A DNA stretch of 64,000 nt from a virus: the IMG/VR virus record IMGVR_UViG_3300009503_000018, positions 32,001 to 96,000 of that record; one strand, written 5' to 3'. The notes beneath the pieces are model-generated. The model had not been told where the DNA came from, did not search any database, and worked only from the letters and a program-made list of their open reading frames with translations. This document shows, piece after piece, positions 54,015-62,297 of this stretch. The translations under genes and the position numbers were made by a program. The stretch's first letter is position 1; each line of letters opens with the position of its first letter.

Positions 54015-55036
54015 AAGGTTTCTCGAATATGAGGCAACCCTTCATTATATGCCGCTGGTGTAATTTCAATAAATTCTGCTTTTTGTTGTAATTCTTGAAT
54101 GTTTTTTGCTCCACAATACGTCAAACCAGACCGCAAACCGCCAATCAGATCTCGTACAACATTCTCTACTGGACCTTTACACGGGACTTTGATAGAAATC
54201 CCCTCCGCTGTTTTCCACTCTGGTACATCACCATAGTAGTCACGATGCGCCTCAACAGAGGCCATGCCACGAAATATTTTATAGTTATTCGGGCCGTCCC
54301 AAATCTCTTCGCCGGGAGTTTCGTCTGTACCAGCCAACAAACCGCCAACCATAACCATAGTCGCTCCGGCAGCGAGCGCTTTTACTACATCTCCCGGGAA
54401 ACGAATTCCTCCGTCCGCTATTACTGGACGACCGGTCCTACTGCAATCCATAATCGCTGTAATTTGTGGAACACCAAACCCGGTTTTTAGGCGTGTTGTA
54501 CATACTGACCCTGGACCGATACCAACCTTGATTGCATCGGCACCACAACTAGCCAAATAATCAGCGCCGGCGGCCGTGGCGACATTTCCAGCGATAATAT
54601 AAATATTCTTTTTAAACTTTTCCCGTAACGCTTTAATCATTTTGCCGGTCAATCGTGAATGACCGTGGGCTACATCAACGCAAAATAGCGTTGCACCAGC
54701 ATTATACAATGCTTCAGCGCGATCCAATCCTTCATTAACACCTACCGAGACTCCTACGATGGGATATTTATTGTCTTGTGATTGTGTTGCCTTTTTATAT
54801 TCATTGACATTTTCTTCAATTGAAATAAAACGATGCAATATCCCTAGACACCCCAATTCCCACATCTTTCTTGCCATTACTGCTCCACAAATTGTATCCA
54901 TATTTGCTGCAATAATAGGCACTTTAAATAAATACGGACCTAATGACGCTTCGGTAGAGACCGCCGACCGAGAAGAGAAATGATTATAATTGGGCTGTAA
55001 CAACAGATCATCAAAAGTTAATCCACGACGGATCAT
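54011..55036 (-). CDS. IMP dehydrogenase/GMP reductase family protein, no CBS subdomain
   Basis: [52 protein letters not shown]; IMPDH versus GMPR not resolved. Confidence 0.9.
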   Translation of the reverse strand: MIRRGLTFDDLLLQPNYNHFSSRSAVSTEASLGPYLFKVPIIAANMDTICGAVMARKMWELGCLGILHRFISIEENVNEYKKATQSQDNKYPIVGVSVGVNEGLDRAEALYNAGATLFCVDVAHGHSRLTGKMIKALREKFKKNIYIIAGNVATAAGADYLASCGADAIKVGIGPGSVCTTRLKTGFGVPQITAIMDCSRTGRPVIADGGIRFPGDVVKALAAGATMVMVGGLLAGTDETPGEEIWDGPNNYKIFRGMASVEAHRDYYGDVPEWKTAEGISIKVPCKGPVENVVRDLIGGLRSGLTYCGAKNIQELQQKAEFIEITPAAYNEGLPHIRETL

Positions 55037-55380
55037 TTCTCTCTCTCCCAAGGATAAACAACATATTGATCTATTTCTCGCACCCAATATGTCGGCACAA
55101 ACGGACAATGTTTGTGCTTGTGGAGTGTAGCGATATCGTATTTATCTATAAAAGGAGATAGAGTTTTTCCACTATCTGCAATATCGTCCACGACGAGACT
55201 GTGTTCTTCGGGCTCATCAAACTTGAGAGGGAGGTCAAGCAAATGCGATAACGTAACACCAAGGGGCAGACCGCCCCGTGGGAGACTGAAAATGGATGAA
55301 TACTTTTTTCCTTTTTTACGGATTTGCGCTACGAGTTGAGACACGTCCGTGTCGAAATCTGCCCACGAATACACAATCAT
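55033..55380 (-). CDS. Purine phosphoribosyltransferase (Gpt-like)
   Basis: LPRGGLPLG, LVVDDIADSGKT, YVVYPWE. Confidence 0.85.
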   Translation of the reverse strand: MIVYSWADFDTDVSQLVAQIRKKGKKYSSIFSLPRGGLPLGVTLSHLLDLPLKFDEPEEHSLVVDDIADSGKTLSPFIDKYDIATLHKHKHCPFVPTYWVREIDQYVVYPWEREK

Positions 55381-56396
55381 GAATTGTTTTTTTGGATAGC
55401 AATGTTTTCTTGAATTTTCTTTAACATTTCAGGATGTTCCACGAGAAAAGCTCGGGCATTGTCAGCGCCCTGTCCAATACGCTCTCCCTCAAAGGAATAC
55501 CACGCCCCTGTTTTTTCGATGACACCTGTATCGACGCCGTAATTGAGCCAGCATTTGACAACATCAAACCCCTCCCCATAGATCAAATCGAATTCCGCTT
55601 CGCGAAATGGGGGAGCGACTTTATTCTTTACGACTTTGACTTTCATTGTATGACCAATAACTTCTTCACCATTTTTCAGTGTTGTGCTCTTTCGCACGTC
55701 GAGGCGCACCGAAGCATAAAACTTTAGGGCATTTCCTCCAGTTGTTGTTTCAGGATTTCCAAACATTACTCCGATTTTCTGGCGCAATTGATTAATAAAA
55801 ATAATCGAGGATCGGTGCTTATTCAAGTTACTGGTGATCTTGCGCATCGCTTGCGACATGAGGCGAGCTTGCAAGCCCATATGCGCACTCCCCATTTCTC
55901 CCTCGATTTCTGCTTTCGGGACGAGAGCTGCTACCGAATCTACCACGATCAAGTCCACGCCGGCTTCAATAGCAAAATCAGCCATTTCTAGCGCTTGTTC
56001 CCCACTATCTGGCTGAGATACTAGTCCTTTCGACAAATCGAGTCCCAACCGCTGAGCATACTGCAAATCCAAAGCATGTTCTGCATCAATGTAATGAACT
56101 ATTCCGCCTAATGATTGGGCTCGGGCAGCAACCTGAATTGCTAATGTCGATTTCCCCGTTGCCTCGGGACCGTAAATTTCGACCATTCGTCCGCGCGGGA
56201 TACCGCCTACGCCCAATGCGTTATCAAGAGGTGGAATGCCGGTCGGAATAACTTCAACACTAGGAAGTTCTTGCTGCCCGCCCAACACAAAAGCGGACTC
56301 AGCGCCGAATTTCTTCGTAAAACCCGAAAGATAATTCTCGATGTCTTTTGATGGACTTGGTGAAGCAAACATTTTCTTTTCCTTTGGCGGAACCAC
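55377..56396 (-). CDS. recA: RecA recombinase
   Basis: GRMVEIYGPEATGKST, IDAEHALD, SQPDSGEQAL, VDSVAAL, FINQLR, TTGGNALKFYAS. Confidence 0.97.
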   Translation of the reverse strand: MVPPKEKKMFASPSPSKDIENYLSGFTKKFGAESAFVLGGQQELPSVEVIPTGIPPLDNALGVGGIPRGRMVEIYGPEATGKSTLAIQVAARAQSLGGIVHYIDAEHALDLQYAQRLGLDLSKGLVSQPDSGEQALEMADFAIEAGVDLIVVDSVAALVPKAEIEGEMGSAHMGLQARLMSQAMRKITSNLNKHRSSIIFINQLRQKIGVMFGNPETTTGGNALKFYASVRLDVRKSTTLKNGEEVIGHTMKVKVVKNKVAPPFREAEFDLIYGEGFDVVKCWLNYGVDTGVIEKTGAWYSFEGERIGQGADNARAFLVEHPEMLKKIQENIAIQKNNS

Positions 56397-56397
56397 G

Positions 56398-57567
56398 TTA
56401 CCTCCACGTCACTTTAGGGCGTCTTGGTGCCGAAACCGGCATCGGCGACGGTTCAGAAGACGGCTCAGGAGTTGAAGTCACTGATTCAGGGACTCGCGGC
56501 GAAGGAACAACCGGTTTTGGACTAAGCTCGACTGGGCTTACAGGACGAGGAACGGAGTTATTAGGAGCCACTTCCGCGCTGGGCTCGACGGGCTTTGAAA
56601 AAGCTACCGATGCCGGAGCCACGGGACGCGGCGGCGTCATAAACTTTTTTGTCCGTACTGGTGTACCCGAACCAAAACTTTGAACATACGCTTGTTTTTG
56701 CTCAGGAGTCCAAACCTGAACCCACTGCGCCGGATCGGGAATATCTTCCGCCGCTTGAAGATACGCCACTACCTCTCCGGGAAGATTCGGGATTTCATCT
56801 TCAATTTCAATAAAGTATTCGCAAAACTGGGAACCCCGCGTATTATCGCGCGTTACATTCACGACACGATACCCACCAGACTCAAAGTCCCAGAATTTCT
56901 TTAGTTTCTGTTTGCGGTACAACTGACCGATGATTGAGTCCGGACCAAAATACCCCTGAATTCGGACATGACCGCCGTCCTCTTCTTCGAGGGGCTTTTG
57001 ACCTAAAGCCTTCGCGACATCGAAAACGGCAAAGTAATATCTGTCGACGGGTCCCCAAGCCTTGGCAAGGTCACGAACAGCGCTTACCTCGGGATGCTGC
57101 GCGATAACGGTAAAAAATTCGTCCTTTGCAATATTTTCGAGACCTGCCGCTTTCCGCTTTTCAGTGTACTCATCCCAAAACAACTGAGCGTGCCGGCAAA
57201 ATACACATTCGTCAGTGTCGAACACCGGCGGGACCGGCTGACCAGCGCGCGATAAAGATTTCGCTTGCTTGTTCATCTGCGTTTCACAAGCAACCATAAC
57301 CCGACGGAAATTACTATCATCGGCGGGAGCTAGTTCAACCCAGTGAACAGCCAACTTGGCGTAATAATTGACCATATCAGGCCAATGCCGGAAAAATGTG
57401 AAGCGGTTCAAATTAAAAGCGAGAAAAAACAGTCTATTCTCCGCAGCTTTCCGTTCTTCGCTTGGGAGCATACGGAACAAGTTCGGATCACGCTTAAAAT
57501 TCTTTCGTGAACCCTCTTCTCCCGGACTCTCCACGTCTACCTCTTGCGGATAATTCAACTCAACCAT
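56398..57567 (-). CDS. gp32-like single-stranded DNA-binding protein with Pro-rich tail
   Basis: CVFC, RYYFAVFD and aromatic-rich OB-like core; position next to recA. Confidence 0.55.
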   Translation of the reverse strand: MVELNYPQEVDVESPGEEGSRKNFKRDPNLFRMLPSEERKAAENRLFFLAFNLNRFTFFRHWPDMVNYYAKLAVHWVELAPADDSNFRRVMVACETQMNKQAKSLSRAGQPVPPVFDTDECVFCRHAQLFWDEYTEKRKAAGLENIAKDEFFTVIAQHPEVSAVRDLAKAWGPVDRYYFAVFDVAKALGQKPLEEEDGGHVRIQGYFGPDSIIGQLYRKQKLKKFWDFESGGYRVVNVTRDNTRGSQFCEYFIEIEDEIPNLPGEVVAYLQAAEDIPDPAQWVQVWTPEQKQAYVQSFGSGTPVRTKKFMTPPRPVAPASVAFSKPVEPSAEVAPNNSVPRPVSPVELSPKPVVPSPRVPESVTSTPEPSSEPSPMPVSAPRRPKVTWR

Positions 57568-57641
57568 GTTACCTCCGTTAAAAATAACGACTCAAAGTAT
57601 ACCATCCATACACCACACGGGAATACTTGTCAAGAGCATAA

Positions 57642-57875
57642 TTAATCCATTGGAACTAAAGGTGCTGTTAGTACTTTTGGTTCGTCCCACCACTGGATAT
57701 GTCCCAATGTTTCCCAACATTTAATAAAATTTACAGCCGCATTCCAATTTGGAAAATTATAGCGCTGAATAACTGGGCTGGCGAATACGGCCCGTGAATG
57801 TTCGACATACGTCAGTTCAACAGAACCGTCGTCTTGTTCTATCAGTTGAATGCCTTTTCCAAAGCCACGTGACAT
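57642..57875 (-). CDS. Hypothetical protein
   Basis: GAAGGG RBS, 77 aa. Confidence 0.6.
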   Translation of the reverse strand: MSRGFGKGIQLIEQDDGSVELTYVEHSRAVFASPVIQRYNFPNWNAAVNFIKCWETLGHIQWWDEPKVLTAPLVPMD

Positions 57876-57888
57876 GTAAATGCCCTTC

Positions 57889-58497
57889 TCAATTGATATT
57901 CGACTGCAACGTCGCTCTTCGATCAGCGGCGAGAGTCCTGATACTCCAAATTTTATTGTTAAATGCGGCGGAAATCGCTTTTAATTGTCGTGTTTTATGC
58001 TGTAAGGATAACAGGTGTGTCTGGGCATCCTCGTATGAAGGAGCATAAATATACATCTCTTCTTTGAATTCCTCTGCGCTTTTCGGGGTTAATCCAATAC
58101 CGGACACTTCTGCAACATACCCTTTATACGCAATCTCAGCATATTCATCTTGATTCGCGTTTTTAGAGAAAATTAACACCGCCGCATTTTCTTTTGCAGC
58201 TACTGTCGGATTTTTTTCTCCACTCCCTTTGAGATAATACTTAGCGTACTTCTCTATATGGGCCATGTACTGCGCATAATCAATTTTTTCGAACCGATCT
58301 TTTGCCAATTCCGCGTCGATTGCCAATTGGGACCAGAAATGTTCCTGAGCTGAACACTCCCTGACTTCACGTTCTAAATCGCTTTCGTCTACCACGAGCA
58401 TCTCAGAAATGATGAATTCTTCATTTCCGTGCTCATCAGACACGACGACACGGAAATCTTGAGTCGTTTGGCCGTGGATAATAACGTTAATCGACAT
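57889..58497 (-). CDS. Helical protein, possible UvsY-like recombination mediator
   Basis: LVVDESDLEREV...EHFWSQL...; clustered with SSB and recA; start chosen at MSINV. Confidence 0.45.
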   Translation of the reverse strand: MSINVIIHGQTTQDFRVVVSDEHGNEEFIISEMLVVDESDLEREVRECSAQEHFWSQLAIDAELAKDRFEKIDYAQYMAHIEKYAKYYLKGSGEKNPTVAAKENAAVLIFSKNANQDEYAEIAYKGYVAEVSGIGLTPKSAEEFKEEMYIYAPSYEDAQTHLLSLQHKTRQLKAISAAFNNKIWSIRTLAADRRATLQSNIN

Positions 58498-58526
58498 TGT
58501 TCGACGACGTTGGACACCCCCAGTCG

Positions 58527-58566
58527 ATGGTGGGAGCTTCTCCGCAATCTGGAGAGCCCCCACCAT
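58527..58566. other. About 15-bp stem-loop in a 5' UTR
   Basis: ATGGTGGG-A-GCT(T)CTCC-GCAATCT-GGAGAGC-C-CCCACCAT. Confidence 0.55.
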
Positions 58567-58603
58567 TTAACCACAACACCGGATGATGCGCCATTAGTCA
58601 GGT

Positions 58604-58816
58604 TTAACCAACGGCTACCCGATCAGCCACTTCGGTCTTGACCATCGAGAAAATATAAGTGGCCAAAAGACGAAGCCGATCGCTCTGACTCTTGGTCTGA
58701 GTCAGACCCCGAACGCCCAGCTCTTCGAGATCGCGAAGGAGAGCACGGGTTCTCTGTCGCGCACGGGGATGTAGTGCGACACCTTCGACTGTGCTTGGGA
58801 CTAGCTTATTAGCCAT
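58604..58816 (-). CDS. Hypothetical protein
   Basis: AAGGAGGT RBS; MANKLVPSTVEG, 70 aa. Confidence 0.65.
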   Translation of the reverse strand: MANKLVPSTVEGVALHPRARQRTRALLRDLEELGVRGLTQTKSQSDRLRLLATYIFSMVKTEVADRVAVG

Positions 58817-58820
58817 TTCG

Positions 58821-58895
58821 GACCTCCTTTTTGAAATTTCGTGACGGCACCCCAACAGGGCTTCTCGGGATAACCCCGACGGCTCCGTCCGAGCC
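58821..58895 (-). ncRNA. Orphan omegaRNA C (diverged scaffold 58841..58895, guide GAAATTTCAAAAAGGAGGTC)
   Basis: GGCTCGGACGGAGCCGTCGGGGTTATCCCGAGAAGCCCTGTTGGGGTGCCGTCAC, collinear with scaffold A with structure-preserving changes. Confidence 0.65.
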
Positions 58896-59034
58896 TAAGC
58901 TTAATACCGTGACGACATCCTCAGTCAATGACAAGGACTTCTCAGGTTAACCTGAAGGCTCCGTCCAAGCCTGAGTATATTTATCGCTGCATTCACATCT
59001 CTGTCAAGTAGTAGACCACACAAACACGAGTGTA
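58896..59034 (-). ncRNA. Orphan omegaRNA B / tnpB 3' relic (spacer GGTATTAAGCTTA)
   Basis: 58909..59034 matches 51503..51628 at 120/126 nt; first 63 nt identical. Confidence 0.75.
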
Positions 59035-59068
59035 ATCCACCGCCGCTTTTGATCAATCATTCTGCCAC

Positions 59069-59251
59069 TTAACCCAATTCATTATTTACGGGAACAATCC
59101 GCCAATTCAAACTAGGCATTCTCTCTCGTACATCGTCTAAGCACACTAAGATCTCCTCTAAGCTATGAGGCTCACCAAAGGGTCTCCATTCACTATACTG
59201 CTCATCTTTTAGACTCCATTCAAGAATCCACTTATCTAGTATACTGCTCAT
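59069..59251 (-). CDS. Divergent paralog-family protein
   Basis: KWILEW...PHSLEEIL...NWRI resembles 5913..6462. Confidence 0.55.
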   Translation of the reverse strand: MSSILDKWILEWSLKDEQYSEWRPFGEPHSLEEILVCLDDVRERMPSLNWRIVPVNNELG

Positions 59252-59642
59252 CTTTTAGACTCCGTTCAAGAATTCATTTATCCATCTGTGCGACCGACGA
59301 ACGCGCTTTCCGTTATCAACGATGTAGACCATACAAACGCTTCTCTGAGTAGTGAATGTGACACAGCCACAGATAGCCGCCCGGTGTTGGCATGCCACAC
59401 GTCCCGTCGCTGCGACAACCCGCCATGTCGCATACCGGCACGAACTGCGTCACCGCCTTACACTTTGGACACCCTTCGACGATATCGTTCAAATTAAACG
59501 GGTTTGGCGCCTTGAGAATTTTGGCCGTAGGCAATAGCGTGTCACACGCCCGACAACGACTATGGCGCGGTGTCTGCATTTTCACACCTCGCGCGGATCA
59601 ATGCTGCTCATTTTTTAGACCCCATTCAAAAATCCACTTATC
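59194..59642. repeat. Three copies of a 39-43-bp gene-start segment
   Basis: 59194..59236, 59240..59282, 59604..59642; 3 mismatches each versus copy 1. Confidence 0.9.
59316..59585 (-). CDS. Zn-finger-like protein
   Basis: CRAC...CPKC...CDMAGC...LCHIH. Confidence 0.6.
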   Translation of the reverse strand: MKMQTPRHSRCRACDTLLPTAKILKAPNPFNLNDIVEGCPKCKAVTQFVPVCDMAGCRSDGTCGMPTPGGYLWLCHIHYSEKRLYGLHR

Positions 59643-59679
59643 CATTTTTGCGACGACCTCTTAGTCAATTAAGGACTTC

Positions 59680-60936
59680 TTACGCTTGAACTGTAACGCT
59701 TTCGCCCCACGGCGCTGGGGAATGCTCTTTTGTGAATGCCCACAGCACTGGATAGTCCGGAGCTGTCTTAGGAAACGTCCCGTATCCATCTGTGAAATAA
59801 ACGAGCAGATTAGGACACAGACCGAGTTCGGCGATCTTATCGAACGCCGGACGAAAATCAGTCCCACCGCCCCCCTTGAACTTCACAGCATTGAAAACTT
59901 CATCGAATTTGTCGATTTCGGCGATTTCGTGAACCTTGGCATCGGCTGTCATGACGATAGTGCGGTCTGCAAGCATAACGACATCTCGAATTTCTGAAGC
60001 AAACTCGTTTAGAATATCCGCAGAAATAGACCCTGATGTATCAACTACGAGAACAAGAAGCGCCGCCTCTTTTTTGGCCAAACCAGGGAGGAATGTCCGA
60101 CCCCCCGCAACGCAACCAGTTAGGATTGAGCGGACTCCGCCGTGGTAATCGACCTTCTCAAAGATGTTCAATGCCTGTCCACGAATGAACTTTCGCCAGT
60201 CTACTTTTGGATCGCGTAGATGCTGGACCAAGCGCTCTACGCCGAGAGGCATTTGCCCACGCTTTTTTGCCTGGTCGGCTGCACGGATAATACGATCCGC
60301 GAGAGCGGCTTCGTCGAGATTGGGATTGGAAAAATGTGCATCCCACGAACCCATATCGCCTGCTTCTTGTTGGCAATAAGGGCAATCGGGATCGGCATCG
60401 CCCTGACCCTGGTCCGAACCTGCTTTATCCGCACCTGAACCTGAACCCGACTTTCCTTTGTTCTCATCGAGGAGTTTTTTGTAGATTTCCTCAGCCGCGA
60501 GCCCACTAAACTCTCTTCGATACAGCGTCCACTCCGGCAACTGCATGGACAGATCCTCAATGAGGATTGCATTGACAGCATAGTCACATGCGCAGTTCCA
60601 CAGCTTATGGCTCTGGTGATTTTGCCGCCTCTGGATATGCCGGAGTGCGAGATGCATTACTTCATGACATAGCACAGCTCGACGAACAGGCTTCTCCAAG
60701 GCCAAAACAAAAGCAGGATTGTAAAAGAGGTGTACTCCATCAACACCCATCGTGGGAAAGTCCCACGTCGGGATTCGACGCAGACCACACAGAAGCTGCC
60801 CAAAGAACGGCTGATTGGTTAGAAGCTGAATCGTGGCGATAGAAAGAGCGTCTTCCGCCTTTTCAATCATCTTCGGCTTTTCCGCGTCGGGCGGGATGTG
60901 TGGATGCAAAGCCTTGTGTCGAGTATTTTTATCCAT
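59680..60936 (-). CDS. Metallopeptidase-like plus VWA domain protein (DUF2201-like)
   Basis: TMGVDG, LCHEVMH, NCACDYAVN, VDTSGSI, GGGGTDF, YFTDG. Confidence 0.85.
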   Translation of the reverse strand: MDKNTRHKALHPHIPPDAEKPKMIEKAEDALSIATIQLLTNQPFFGQLLCGLRRIPTWDFPTMGVDGVHLFYNPAFVLALEKPVRRAVLCHEVMHLALRHIQRRQNHQSHKLWNCACDYAVNAILIEDLSMQLPEWTLYRREFSGLAAEEIYKKLLDENKGKSGSGSGADKAGSDQGQGDADPDCPYCQQEAGDMGSWDAHFSNPNLDEAALADRIIRAADQAKKRGQMPLGVERLVQHLRDPKVDWRKFIRGQALNIFEKVDYHGGVRSILTGCVAGGRTFLPGLAKKEAALLVLVVDTSGSISADILNEFASEIRDVVMLADRTIVMTADAKVHEIAEIDKFDEVFNAVKFKGGGGTDFRPAFDKIAELGLCPNLLVYFTDGYGTFPKTAPDYPVLWAFTKEHSPAPWGESVTVQA

Positions 60937-62204
60937 TACTTCTCCACAACCGCAGTAGCCAACCGAGACATCAACTCCGTAAATTCTACTTTAGCATGCT
61001 TTCGGAAAAAGTCAACTAGGCGAATTTCCGAAGCCAAATTCATATCTTGCAACGTCTTGACCTTAAGTTCGATCTGACCGAGTGTGCCCAAGAACTTAAA
61101 GATGTTCTGTGCTTGATGCGGATGCACAATCTTCGCAGCATGCACTTTTACCCAATGCGCGACTGCGCACGAATACGCATACTTCTGGCTTACATCCTCG
61201 GTGTCGTATTGAGGCATCTTCCCTTCATTAACGATTTCCTCCGGACACACCTTTTGGAACTGCGCAAGAAATGCCATAAACTCCGTAGTTGCTCCAGGTC
61301 CAATCAAGGGGAGAGCCAGCCGCCGGAAGTCCACATCGGACTGTGCATTAGTTTGGTCGAGAACTCGGGAATAAAATTCCCAACTTCGCGGATTCGGCTG
61401 CGCCTGTTCATCCTTCTTGAACTTTGTTGGCATGAGCGTATCGGGATACGTAGAAATCGCGCCAATAATCTCGGGACGAATCGCGTTCTCTCGCGCCCAA
61501 GCCAAAAAATCTTCGGCGTCAGTAACAATTTCAATATGCGCAACCCGATTGTTTAGGGCGGATGAAATCCGATGGACGAATGTCCCATCACCCGCCTGAT
61601 TTCCGGCGAGAACAATCATGCACCGCTTCGATAGTGCGTGAGAATGCACACGCCGGTCATACACAAGCTGCAATGCCGCGTTCTGCACCGCTTCGCATGC
61701 ATTGCTAAATTCGTCGAGGAACAAGATGGAATACACGTCATCATCCGTATTCAAATACTCCGGCTTAAACCACTGAGTAGTCTTAGACTTAGGATCAGCA
61801 AAGGGCAACCCTTTGACCTCAACTGGATCAAACAAGGCAAGGCGCACATCGTCTACACGGATATGCGCGGGAGCTGGTCCGCGCGTCACAACCGGCTTTC
61901 CATTCTCATGTGTCACTCTCGTAACGCCACGCACACACAAGGCACATCCGGTCGGAAGATGATGCTTGGGGCATCCCCGCACATGTTCTGTAGGATTAGA
62001 CGACTGGGTCTTACATCCCCCGCACTTATCGCCTGTAGCGAACTCTTCAGCTTTCTCGATCGCCATTTGATACACAATAGCGGACTTACCCACACCGGGC
62101 GGTCCATGCATAAATGGGGGGCAGGGCTGCGGAATGTTCAGAAACAACCGCAACAGAGCCTTTGCTTCGGAAATGCTGACCTTATCCACATCTCGGACAC
62201 TCAT
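60936..62204 (-). CDS. MoxR-like AAA+ ATPase
   Basis: HGPPGVGKS, ILFLDEF, LAGN, ALNNR, PNPRSWE; coupled to the VWA gene. Confidence 0.88.
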   Translation of the reverse strand: MSVRDVDKVSISEAKALLRLFLNIPQPCPPFMHGPPGVGKSAIVYQMAIEKAEEFATGDKCGGCKTQSSNPTEHVRGCPKHHLPTGCALCVRGVTRVTHENGKPVVTRGPAPAHIRVDDVRLALFDPVEVKGLPFADPKSKTTQWFKPEYLNTDDDVYSILFLDEFSNACEAVQNAALQLVYDRRVHSHALSKRCMIVLAGNQAGDGTFVHRISSALNNRVAHIEIVTDAEDFLAWARENAIRPEIIGAISTYPDTLMPTKFKKDEQAQPNPRSWEFYSRVLDQTNAQSDVDFRRLALPLIGPGATTEFMAFLAQFQKVCPEEIVNEGKMPQYDTEDVSQKYAYSCAVAHWVKVHAAKIVHPHQAQNIFKFLGTLGQIELKVKTLQDMNLASEIRLVDFFRKHAKVEFTELMSRLATAVVEK

Positions 62205-62224
62205 AATAATTCCTCCTACATCCC

Positions 62225-62291
62225 CTTATACTAGGGAAAATGCCAAAAGTCAAGAGCGAGATTTGACAGAACAACATGTTCCAGGTATACT
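62225..62291. promoter_or_regulatory. Divergent promoter pair
   Basis: + strand TTGACA(62263)-17-TATACT; - strand TTGACT(62253)-17-TATAAG. Confidence 0.6.
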
Positions 62292-62297
62292 ATAAGT

